A DNA stretch of 39,017 nucleotides from Hydrurus foetidus (Eukaryota), in assembly GCA_900617105.1 (NCBI GenBank), contig UYFQ01000619.1, positions 1 to 39,017 on the forward strand. Direction: 5' to 3'. Position 1 is the stretch's first letter. Each line of letters starts with the position of its first letter. Positions 1 to 11,300 of this stretch are shown here, piece by piece. The notes below the pieces were generated by a model, which worked only from the letters and a program-made list of their open reading frames with translations, ran no database searches and was not told the DNA's origin. The translations under genes were made by a program, and so were the position numbers.

Positions 1-2907
1 CCATAGGATTAGAATGCCATTGAAAGATGTCAGTATATTGATTATCTCTTTCCTGATTGTCTTTGATAGTACGTGTGCGTTTCCACAAGAAATGGAATGG
101 TGTTATAGATACCGAAGGATCAGTTCTATTATAGTGCGGAACACGTCTGTGAAAGACGTAATATTGTTCGGCTAGAAGTATCGACGCAATAATTGCGCGA
201 AGAGGAATGGTACATGCGGAGTATTCATTATTTACATTTTGAAGTAAACATCTCTGATTGTTTTTTATATCATTATCTGTAATTTTATTTGAATAATCTT
301 TATTATGACAAGAATTACCTAACCGTTGCGTCTTTAATATACGCTGATTATTCGGGTCGATTCGAATTCTCATTAGTGTATTAGCTTTCTCACCATGCGT
401 TGTATATGTAGACTGAGATGGATTGCCCCAACTGAAGAACGCTTGAACACGATGCTCAGTGGGTGTAGTGGCTTGGTTTGGTACCTCTTCCAAGGTCTTT
501 AATTTCTTAATTTGATTTTGAGAATATCCGCCAGCATATCTGCCATGAGCATTGCCAGACATAGGTCCCACAGAATCAAGTTGAATTTGAGTTAATTTGA
601 AACTTGGGTTAGGATATACGGGATTAGCCGGTTGTGTTTTGGCCGATGATACCAGATAATTATCACGACGAGGAGGTGTAGGAGGTCGAAAGTCTTTCGG
701 CATAATTTCATGCTTATACTGACATTCCTGGGCCGACTTAGGGCACACATCTATATTGAACTTAAAACAAAAGCCTCCGGCAGCTAATCTCTTTTTGTCA
801 CTATTTCGACTGTCAACTTTTGGTGGTTGAGTCTTGGCATTCTTTTGACTGGCTGACTTATTGGGGTCATAATTGTTATTAGGTTTATACTTGTTTTGAA
901 GAGGAGGATTTGGAGGAGGAGCACCAGAATTTGAAAGAGTATTTTGATAGAGAATATGAGGTTCGGTACTACTGGAAGTCATATTTGAGGTATCGAAACT
1001 TGCAACACGAGATATTGTATTTTCGTATATGAGATCGTATGTACGGAGAAGTTTCTCTATGATCAGACTATAAGATTCATTACTGGACGCACTGGAAACG
1101 AAGCAGTGCGTCCAGTCACCTCCTTTCATTACTAGTCCATATGCTGCTGCAATGCTTAGTGCCATCTTGATGGAACACGATGATACATTTCCGCAGTATA
1201 CGGCGTCGGGGTCGAAGTCCACGAGTGGTATCATCATATCTCCCCGTCCCACTAAACGGGCCTTTTTCGTACCGTCGGTTTTTATACTAAAAAGCCACAT
1301 CATTGGTACCAGGTGTTGGTCAATGTATGGTACTACATGTAAACATGAGTTCTTCTCAAATTTCTTTAGTTCAGTATCTATTGCGTTTTTCCATTCAGGT
1401 ATAGCCATAGCTTTCCAGAATGATTTTGGCACATTGAGTTGATCGAAATTGATGAAGAGTTTTTCGTGATGACTTGCTTCAATCAATGAGAGAAAATGTT
1501 CGTGATTTCTAACATGAGTAGAGTACCAGTAGACAGCATCGTCATTTTCAATGTTTTGAATCGGTGTATTAATACCAATGTCATTATCATCGATGTCGGA
1601 TTTGTTATTTGTATCTCTAATTGGTGTTGGATCAAACGGTATATTCTGTTTTGTTGATTTGATATTAGTCGATCCAGATTTATTAACAATTTTGTTATTG
1701 TTAATCACATTTGGATGTATTTTCGCTGGAATAGGATTTTCAGGAGTTCGATTCTGAATAATGCAAGGTATTACAGGTACAGGGTGTATTGGAATAGCTG
1801 GAGTTGCTAGTTGTTGTTCAGAATCTTTTTCAACTACCTTGTTAGCTGGTAGGACTGCAGAGATATCGTTATTGATATTCTGGTGTAAATTAGAAAAGTC
1901 AAGATCGGATGGGTACTCGTCCGTGTAATTATAATTATTGTCTTTGTCGAAAATGACGTCCTTACTTGTCCTAATTTTGCCGAAGATTCCGGTTGGTAGT
2001 ATTTCGATGACCTTAAAACAAGGCTCGAGCGTTCTCGATAAATCGTAACCAACGAATCTGGCTTTGTATGCACGAGGAAAACCGATTTTTCCTTTCCTAT
2101 CTTCAAGCGCGATGTGAACCCAACATAAGCTCCAAAAGGCCTTGAGGTTCTTGAGGATTACATGCTTTCCAGTGATGAGATGATACGGTGATGTCTTGAT
2201 TGCTGAATGGTAATTGAATGCATGGGTGATGCATGTATACTCAAAGGCAAGATCCCAAACTTCTGTGGTACTGTCATCCCTAAAGGTTGCATGGTGATGT
2301 TGCACTTCATCGATAAGACGCCTACTGCACGTTCTGCGATTCCATTTGCATGTTTGTCGCGAGGTGGTGTTGGCTCAAGTCGATATCCGAAGTTGTGAAG
2401 GCATTGAAGGAATTCAGCTGACCGATAAGATTTCTCTGCATCGGCTCTGATGAATCGGTCTACGCCTGGAAGCGAGGGCTTCCACTCAGGATGTGATTGG
2501 AAGAGGGTGGAGAAGCTTTTAACAAGTTCTGCAGCTCCCCGGTCTTTCGTGAAGCATGGATAACTTCGTCTTGTAGATAAGTCCGTGATAATATCGCAGT
2601 ACTTATAACCGGCCTGTGACCGGTGTGTATGTGTATACGCGTCAAGTGAGAATTGACTGCCGTAGCAAGGAGATGGCAAACGGTGTATACGAAGATGGTC
2701 CGTAGAGGTCTGTCGCATCGTGCCCTGTACGCATGCTGCGCATATTGGTCTTGGTGTAGATGCATCCAAGTTGGAGTAGTGTGCTCCAATGGTGTGCTGT
2801 CGGTGCCAGGCCATACCCTCTTCGCCAGGGTGTCCTAGTACGCGATGCACGTGGTCGTAAATCGAAAGCTCCTTTACACTCGTGACCAAGAGTTGAGCCG
2901 GTTGCAC
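1..2907 (-). pseudogene. pol: Copia A integrase-RT(N-terminal), fused in frame at ~1116 to the gag C-terminal half of a related Copia
   Basis: Integrase 2907-2258, one-base frameshift at ~2258 (KF/WDLAF), then a frame open to the window edge: SPYHLITGK, RFVGYD, TSKDVIFD, PKSFWKAM..EWKNAIDTEL, KARLVGRG, MKGGD, then WTHCF...CFKFNIDVCPKSAQECQYKH. Absent from the ORF track because there is no stop in the window. Confidence 0.8.
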
Positions 2908-5642
2908 TCAGTTGGAGTCCAGCAAGTAGAGGCCTTCCTCTACCTTGCCACTCATAACTGGGTGAGCTGTCTTTGAAATTGTCTGAAGGTGTGGGATGAC
3001 ATCTATCGCATTGAAGAACTTGCAGTCCTTAGAGGTGAAGATGCCCACAAATCCCTTTGCACACGCTTGAGACACTGAGAGCAGTGTGGTATCATTCATT
3101 TGATCGATGACAATAGTCTTGAGCATGAATGGTGGGAGTAGTCCCATCTCAGTAGGCTGGGCAGTCTCCCCGAAAGCTGCTGAGACACTGCATGATGTAG
3201 GTCTAAGGTCACGGAGACTGCTGCGCAATCCAGTACCAGATGTAGATGCACCACTGTCAATGACTGTCTTGTGACTTGTCTTCTTGAATGACATGAATTT
3301 GCTGTCTTTGTCTGTAACTGTAAGTAAGTTGAGACTCTTCTTCTCAGCCAGTGCTCTTGCTTTTGCACGACGTGTGGCAGACACTGAATCTCTTGATGGT
3401 GATTTGGCTGGCGGAGTGCGCATTCGATATGGCTCAGGGGTTGCCAGATCTGCCATTGGAGGATGCAAAATATCTTGTGTAGATTGCTGAGAGTCGAGTG
3501 ACATGGGAGGATGCTCCAGTTGCAATGGCTGCTGCTCTTCCTCCTTGATTGGATATTGGACTGGTGCAATCATACGAGGTACACCAGCAGTCTTAAGTGC
3601 TGGAACAATATCATCATTAACAAGAGGAGGGTCTTGAAGCATTGGTGGAGCATGCATTGAGCTGGATGTTCCTGGTGTCTCCTTGAACTCATTGTCATCT
3701 GATGTTTTGATGATCTTCCTGCGTGCTGGACGCTTGGTATCAGTCTGGATTGACGCCCACAGACTGCGTTTATGACCCATCACGTATGGGTGATTGTATC
3801 GGGTCAGGTCTTCTTGGCATCTCCTGTGATGATCAGATGATGACCCCGGTGGAGTCATGTCTATGTCATCACCTTCTGATTCATCGTCACTGTATTCATC
3901 GTCATCATCATCATCATCATTGTCATCATCATTTTCTTCAGTTTGGTCAGTCGTCTCACTGAGCAGGTCTTCTCTGTTGATGGCACTCATACGTGAATAT
4001 GATGTCGTGATTGGGCTTGTCTGCAATGCATAAGACTGTGGTGATGGAGGCATTGGTTTGATGTTGTTGATGATTGCAGAGAAAGCATCGTGGAAGACTA
4101 TCTGATCCAAGAACTGTGCGTTGGATCGATATGTATTCAAAGTGAATACCACATTTGCTCTTGTCTGGGATTCGTCAGCTTGCATTTGCACTGCATCACG
4201 AAGTAGTTGAGCGCAGAATGACATGAAGTCGTAGATAATAGCCAAAGAGAGAATACGTAGAAGTCGCCATGGTATGTCAGGATGCTCCATGATGTATCTG
4301 ATAGCAACAAAGTACTTTTCCACGTTTCTCATATTTGATTGGTAGAACCCATAGTCATCGGAATGATAGAATTTGTCGGAGAGAGGGTTGAAGTTCATAT
4401 AACTAAAATTTTCGGAGCCCTCCCTGTCTGGAATCAACACGTCGGCGTTCAGGAACCTGTTTCCAATTTTGTAAAGCATTCGCATAAGTCGTTTGTCTGC
4501 TGTACGAACATCTTCACGGATTTTCACGGATCTCGAGATGGTTGGACTCTCTGAAAGCCATGTGAATGCCACCAAGATGTGTACCATCCTTGGTTCAGCT
4601 GCTGTCAGGTCCTGGAAGCTGACAACAATCCCGGAAAGAGGATCAGTAGGAGATCCATCGTAGTCGCTGGGAGATGAACAGGCGAATCTGTTATACTTCT
4701 CGGCCGAGTTGAGCATTGTGAACAGGTGACGTCTGATCTCACGAAGTCTTGGAAAGGGCTCAAGATGATAGAATTCTGGGAACTCTGCAATGGATGTCGT
4801 TGATTGTTCTTTGAAGCGAAGAACATTGAACCGATCGATGTGGTTGCTCGACCCATCGCCATTGAAGTACTGAGGATCTCCTGTTGTCCAGCCGTCAACA
4901 TCAGCAGATTGTAAAGTCCTGATGGTTGTAAGTTGGTTTAGCGGATATCCAGCTGGGTTCTTTGCCGTTGCAACTCCTTTGGGATAGCCAACAAGTGATC
5001 GATGGGAATCTGACACGATAATTGGTTTCTTGAAAGGAAACTTCGGTGGAGTCTTCTGATCTTTTTTGAGAGGAGGTGGGTTCTTATTGGGCTTCTTGTC
5101 AGATGGTGCTCCCTTGTTTGGCGGCGCTGCTGCATGTGAATACTTGCATGATGAACCGTTGGTACATAGGCCAGCGATGTGATGTCTGCACAGCTCCAAG
5201 GTTGGAGTAAGGGAAGCCATCTTGTGAGCTACCGCTGGGGCAGGATCAAGAAGCACAAGGTATTTGATGGTGTCGTCGTAGGATGCCTTTGATGTTTTTG
5301 ATGAGGCCATGATTGATAAGACGCTGAATCTTGCATCATGCTCCAGCTTTTCTTGTAGATGATAAAGTTTTTGATCATCAGTGACGGTGGTGTCGGAACA
5401 AAAGGTGGTGTCGGAACAACCTCCTGATTTTGAAGGGCTAATTCCACCTCGTCTAGAAAATCACTGTTTGGATTTTCTAAAGGAGGAATTGCTCCTGTCC
5501 TAGATCTTGTAACTCGACCAGTGACGATGGGTTGAGCTGCTTCGATCAGAGTTCTGAACGGATGTTGAAGGAGGTCGGCAAGAGCCGGCGGCGAGTCTGT
5601 GTTGGACAGCTCGAACTCGTCTTCAGATCCATTATCACTCAT
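2908..5642 (-). pseudogene. gag: Copia A gag-protease region (ORF 5642-5229 plus ORF 5310-2908) with CCCH zinc finger and an unassigned domain
   Basis: CRHHIAGLCTNGSSCKYSH (C-x7-C-x5-C-x3-H); aspartic protease DSG motif. A frame break near 5230-5310 and a short gag suggest an internal deletion. Confidence 0.7.
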
Positions 5643-5718
5643 GATTGCAGGGTTCTGAAAGTTGAGGAAGGAAATTCAGAATCCTGGAATCCACGGCAAT
5701 CGTTTAATCACTATAAAC

Positions 5719-5729
5719 AATCGCTACCA
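5719..5729 (-). promoter_or_regulatory. tRNA-type primer binding site of Copia A (TGGTAGCGATT, probably tRNA-iMet)
   Basis: TGG-starting sequence directly after LTR-terminal CA; resembles the iMet PBS TGGTAGCG. Confidence 0.7.
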
Positions 5730-6642
5730 TGTAAGACTAAATACAAGATGTCACCTTCTAGCGTTCGCAGCGAAGGTGGAGAAGCAGCTGCAGGCTACTG
5801 TCTCAATTCAGTGAGCTATCGAGTAGACGAAGCTGTGAAGTACAACGTATTAAATTCTGATTAGAGTTTACAGATAGCCACGCAAAAGAGCTATCAGAAC
5901 AGTTCATGACAGTGAAACTACCTTGAGACAAAGTTCACAGCGAGATGTGTTGTTCATAGCATGTGCTTGAGGAACGTTGCATGAATGCTTATAGTAACGA
6001 AGTGTTTTGGATCTACTGAAGAATTATGAAAGGCGAACGTTCATTTGCGTGAGGTCAGAGGGTTCGTACTAACTGATACATGGCGATAGTACAGGGGTAC
6101 GTATGCATGTATATGTGTATGCACGTACATGCGTGAGTACTAACTGCTATATGGCGATATTATAGAAGTACGTATGCATGTGTTCGTATAAGAACGTACA
6201 TGCGTAAGTACAGTGGTACTTACGTATGTACGCCTATACATCTATGTACTACGCTATTGGCGATCGTACATACGTACATATTAGATATGTACATACATGT
6301 GTAAGTACGTGTGTGTACGTATGCATATAATAATTTGTACTAACATGTGCACGTACGTATGTACGTGTATGCGTGACCATACAATTGTACGCTATGCTAC
6401 ATGCGTGCGTGCGTACGTACGTACATATTGACTATGTACGTACATGTGTAAGTACATGTGTGTACGTATGCATAAATGAGTATGCACTAACATGTGTAAG
6501 TACGTGTGTACGTGTGCATGTTATCATATCTGCATGTGTACTTACGTACGTACGTGCCGCATAACGTACATGTATATATTTGTAACTATATTTGCAACTA
6601 TATTACTACAGACATATCTTGATAGAATCAAGTGGTCTGACA
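5730..6642 (-). repeat. 5' LTR of Copia A (913 bp)
   Basis: Minus termini TGTCAGAC...GTCTTACA (7/8 inverted repeat). PBS follows immediately, and the outer end interrupts the Copia B integrase frame. Contains degenerate GTAC/ATGT-rich tandem duplications (~6065-6560). The partner LTR is not in the window. Confidence 0.75.
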
Positions 6643-6741
6643 GTTAGGTACTGTACAGACGGCGTAATCCCCGAATGCTGCGCGGAAGTCCAAGTTCCCG
6701 TCAACCCGCCGTCCTGAAAAGAGTTCCCTCGGGGACAGGCC
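6643..6741 (-). pseudogene. Copia B integrase fragment stranded between the Copia A and Gypsy insertions
   Basis: Removing the Gypsy element joins ...QQSGSRPGG to LSPRELFSGRRVDGNLDFRAAFGDYAVCTVPN, homologous to Copia C VSPREKLYGRKINVDKELKHGFGDYVQV. Confidence 0.9.
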
Positions 6742-6937
6742 TGTGGTCGTCTGGGAGACCTTGGTCCCAGTTCCGACCTAGACTACCCAGATTCCGTAGA
6801 CCTCTGGGTAGGACTCTGGGTAGGCTTCTAGGTTAGCCACATGCACTAATCCTATACCTTCTCCACTAAGTTTTCATAGTAAGCTAACCAGCATTCTCCC
6901 TCGCACCATCTTTAGCCTAGATTCCTTCTAGGCCACA
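6742..6937 (+). repeat. Gypsy 5' LTR
   Basis: Direct repeat of 11961-12156, termini TGTGG..CCACA. Confidence 0.97.
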
Positions 6938-7036
6938 GTGACGTCACTCAGCCGTTTAAATTCCCTCTTTCCGTCTTCTATAACCCTACCCCATTTGTCA
7001 TTTCCATCTCCTTGAGATAACTGCTCGAATCCCGCC

Positions 7037-8026
7037 GTGGAGGACTTCCAGAAAGTTCCTCTCCTCAGAGATCGTCTTTATCTTGAAGAGCTTCGTCTTA
7101 TCAACGAAGAACTCCAGTTTCGGAGAGATACAACTCCCGTAGAAGGAGGGGCAGCAGTCGTTTCGACTGACCAAAATCTCCCAACTTTTGTTGAAACTTC
7201 GATTCCTCAACCGAGAAGTCGTTCCAGAGTCGTAAGACCTGTGCTCCTTCGGGAAGACGCGAGTTCATCGCAATTTGCCACCTCTAATCTCCATTCTACT
7301 CCTTCCACACGCCAAACACAACCCCGATTCAATTCGGCGACTTCAGCTTTTAAGCCTAGGAGACCGACTTCCAAGTCGAGAACATCCTTCCCAGGGCCTC
7401 CTGCGACTTTAGTCAGCAGTGAAACAGGGTTTGCAACTCAAACCTTGCGGAATTTGTTGCTGGACAACGATTTCCTGACAGAATTCCCAGTTTCAGTTTC
7501 AGAAACTGCGCCGAAAAAAAACTCGCACTTTCGTTCGGAGTTAAACTCCAACTTAAGCCTAAGCTCTAAGCCTAGCGAAAAATACATCCGGGGATTATAT
7601 CCTGTTGAAGCACCTCCCGCTTCTAACGAGGTGCCGGAAGACATTTTTCCTTACGAAAAAGCTCCGAAAATAAATCCTACATTACGAGTAGGAAATCTCG
7701 ATAGAATTGCTCCTTTGACAAGGAGAAAGTCGAAGATAGCCCTCCTGCGTGCTGCAGCGACTCCGCTCTCAGCAGGGAGAACACCCTTGACCGGGCCAAA
7801 AGTCTTGAAACCCAATTTGAAATTGGTGACAAAATCACCCTCCATCATGGAAGACATAGTTGACCAGTTTGACTCAAGTCCTGGTGACTTTGGCGAAGAG
7901 TTAGGTGAGATAGTTGATTCTAACTATGCCGAACTCTCTGACAACGAACTCGTTGACGAATTTCTCGCCGAACCCGGTGATTTACAGCAATCATCGGAGA
8001 CAAATCCATCGCAAATACCACTTTAA
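7037..8026 (+). CDS. Extra 5' ORF of the Gypsy element, S/P/T-rich, probably disordered, function unknown
   Basis: 329 open codons (GTG start) upstream of gag, in a different frame from gag. Confidence 0.5.
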   Translation: MEDFQKVPLLRDRLYLEELRLINEELQFRRDTTPVEGGAAVVSTDQNLPTFVETSIPQPRSRSRVVRPVLLREDASSSQFATSNLHSTPSTRQTQPRFNSATSAFKPRRPTSKSRTSFPGPPATLVSSETGFATQTLRNLLLDNDFLTEFPVSVSETAPKKNSHFRSELNSNLSLSSKPSEKYIRGLYPVEAPPASNEVPEDIFPYEKAPKINPTLRVGNLDRIAPLTRRKSKIALLRAAATPLSAGRTPLTGPKVLKPNLKLVTKSPSIMEDIVDQFDSSPGDFGEELGEIVDSNYAELSDNELVDEFLAEPGDLQQSSETNPSQIPL

Positions 8027-8112
8027 GTGCTATAACTGATGTGACAACCCAAGTTTTACCTGTGCCTACTATTACTAGAGCACAACAACTTGAGAACCTT
8101 TTTAATACACGC

Positions 8113-8388
8113 ATGTCTGGTGGTATTAACTTGAATAGTGCACTTGTTGTACTCGACTCATTCGAAATTTCGGGTGAGTTAGCCTTGAAATTTCAAACTC
8201 AAGCGAATGCTTTTGCAAATAACTTTACTTTAAGTCAAGTAATAGTTTATCCTGCAACTGAGATCATACAATTTGCTTTTGCAAGTGATCCCAAATTTAC
8301 TATTCTTACGAAAGATAAATTTGCGACGTGGCTTGAACACGTTACAGTCGCTCAGGCTGCCCAAATTGTCACAAAGTACTATTGTTAG
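8113..8388 (+). pseudogene. Truncated putative gag N-terminus of the Gypsy element
   Basis: Helical-looking ORF (MSGGINLNSALVV...) that ends abruptly where the pol frame takes over; no zinc knuckle or protease follows. Confidence 0.45.
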
Positions 8389-11300
8389 TTCAAGAAAAAG
8401 ACTTGAATTACTGTATACTGTGAAAGGTATTTGTCCTGAATTTGACAGTTCGGAGAAGAATAAGAGATGCCCTCATTCTGGTGTAGGTACCTTGCCTGTT
8501 CACTCTTCAAACACAGACAGAGTCGCTAACTGTCTGGATGTTGAATGTGCATGTCAGTCTAGCGCCGCTGGGGCACAAACTATGCGCGACGACTGTAACT
8601 ATGTATCAACCCATAGTGGTGTTGCTTGTACTCGTACATACACCCTCGCACACATAAGTGAACAGCCAGATAGTACTGTGACAGCTACTAGAGTGGAAAC
8701 ACCTAGTGGTATCGTAATCTCTTGTGACGAGATAGATAATGAGAAAGCTGATACTTTTTCACCATTCGTTCCTGAACAGACTCAGTCAGATACCTTGCCT
8801 GTAAAGCTTGAGGAGTATTTATCGTTGATTACTTTTGAAGGCACACAAAGCCAGATAGAAGATATGAAACGCCTCTGTCGCAAGTATTCAGATATCTTCA
8901 GTGATAAACTGCCAGCTAAACCTGCGAAACTACCGCCATTTGAAATCAATGCAGATAAAAAATTATGGCACAGTCCTAAAAATAGGACTGCCGTTCGTCT
9001 ACAATCCGTAAGAAAAGAACGTGAAATTAAACGGTTCATCGATGAGATGTTACTGTCAGGGATCATCGAGAAATCGGATGCAGTGTACTATTCCCATCCT
9101 GTAATTGTACAAAAAACAGCGGAATTATTCAGATTTTGTATTGACTATCGACTTCTGAATAAGTGCACTGAGGCATCTAGTTGGCCTCTCCCGAATATTC
9201 GTGCCCTCCTCGAAAGAGTCGGCCATTACAAGCCAGATACATTCGGGGTTATGGATTTAACCTCAGGCTACCATCAAGCACCTATGGACGCTGCATCCAA
9301 AGTCTTGACTGCGTTTATTTGTTATTCTGGCGTATACCAATTCACCAGGCTCCCCTTCGGTCCTCGAAGAGCTCCATCTTACTTCCAAGAGATGATGACA
9401 ACTGTTGTCCTTAATGGACTCATTTACACTAAATGTGAGATGTACTTAGATGATTGTATCGTCTTTGCCCGAGGACACGATGAATTCCTGGAGAGACTAG
9501 AACGAGTCTTTCGACGTTTTCGTTGTTTTGGTCTATTCCTAAAAGCAAAAAAATGCAGATTTGGTATGAAACAAATCGACTATGTGGGTCGCCAAATCTC
9601 TTCTCAAGGCATTTCGATGTCGAAAGAAAAGATTGAGTCGGTATTAAATTTTCCGAAACCCAAATCACTAACTGCTTTACGCAGCTTTTTAGGATTGGCG
9701 AACTATTTCAGAAATTACGTACCGTTTCATTCAGATATAGTTAAACCTCTGCAACAAATGATTGATCCCAAAGGGAAAAAGAAATCTTCAATTCTTTGGA
9801 CCCCCGAAGCTGAAAAAGCTTTCGTTAAAATTCGAGAACAAGTTGCTCGTTGCCCATTGCTACACTTTATGGATGAAGAATCACCAGTAGAGTTATATAC
9901 TGACGCTTCCGATTATGGAATTGGAGGTGTACTTTTCCAAAGGGTAAATGATGACTTAAAACCTATTTCATTTGTCAGTAAGTCGCTAAGCGCAACACAA
10001 TGTAAATGGTCGACAATCCAAAAGGAATCTTACGCAATATATCATTGCTGTAAACAATTGGACTCTCTTATAAGAGATAGAAAATTTAAAATTTTTACTG
10101 ACCATAAGAATTTAACATTCTTAAGTCAAGACCCATCTACGATGGTGAACCGTTGGTCTATAGCGCTACAAGAATTAGACTACTCAATTGAATACATTGC
10201 TGGTTCAAATAACCATCTGGCTGATGCAATGTCACGCTTGTGCCCCAACCTAACTCCTGTTCCTACAGTGCCAGATAGTGTTCCTTCAGACATTGCTGAA
10301 GCAGTTGTATCAGCTTTACACGAAATTATACCCATGTCTGATTCACAACTTGAAAAAATAGAGATGTCTCATAACTCCATGGTGGGACATGGAGGAGTAC
10401 TACGAACCATTGAACACATAAAAGGGTTAGAAGAACAATGGCTTGACATGGAACATCATGTCAAAGACTTCATTCAAAACTGTGCCTGCTGCCAGAAGAT
10501 GAGTGTCATCAAAATTCCTGTGCATATTCACAGATATACAACGTCAACATACAGACCGTTCGATACCGTAAATATTGATTACGTTGGTCCATTACCGGAT
10601 AACGGTTATGTGTTAGTAATGATATGTTCATTCACTCGATGGACAGAACTTTACTGGTGTTCGAACAACACAGCACATTCGGCTTGCGAATGCCTTCTCC
10701 AATTTTTTGGCAGGTTTGGAGCACCAAGCATGATCAGGTCAGATCGTGGTCCTCATTTTATGAATGAGATTGTAAAAGAATTTTTAATTCGAACAAATAC
10801 TCCACACAACTTAACGTTGGCATATTCTAAACAAGAGAATGCAATAGTGGAAAGAATTAACAAAGAAGTAAATCGCCATTTAAGAGCATTTACTTTCGAT
10901 TCAGCAAGTCTAGAATCATATAAACTTTGCCTGCCTTTTGTGCAGAGAATCATAAACAGCGCGGTACACTCAAGTACTGGTGCTTCTCCAGCAAGCTTGC
11001 TGTTCGGAAATCAGCTTAATCTCAATAGAGGTATTCTGACTAAATTTCCAGATAATCCTGAGTTACCGATCTCAGCATCTAAAATTATAGCTAATATGCT
11101 ATTAATACAACAACAGCTCAACAACATGGCTGAAACTCACTTAAAGAGCGCTGACAAATTACATGTCGCTGTCAATGTAACTCCAGAAACAATTTTTGAA
11201 ATTGATTCTTATGTTCTTGCTCTTAACCCTAAAGGGCCAGAGACAAGATTACACTGTAAATGGCTTGGCCCATTCAAAGTAGTAACCTTTGATAAAAGTC

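Larger units (their letters stand above)
1..6642 (-). mobile_element. Ty1/Copia LTR retrotransposon A (5' part; RT truncated/chimeric, 3' end outside window)
   Basis: Minus-strand order: LTR, PBS, gag/CCCH, protease (VIDSGAS), GAG-pre-integrase (GLYLL..HRVLGH), integrase (LDAY, RADAE, NGIAER), RT N-terminus (KARLVGRG). Integrase before RT is the Copia order. Confidence 0.9.

Noticed and set aside
1095..1110. Resemblance of the junction loop (minus CTTCGTTTCCAGT) to a nanopore adapter
   Set aside because: Partial match only, and the reading frame stays open; cannot be supported without reads.
6373..6564. 63-aa ORF in the Copia A LTR
   Set aside because: Translation of low-complexity GTAC/ATGT repeats.
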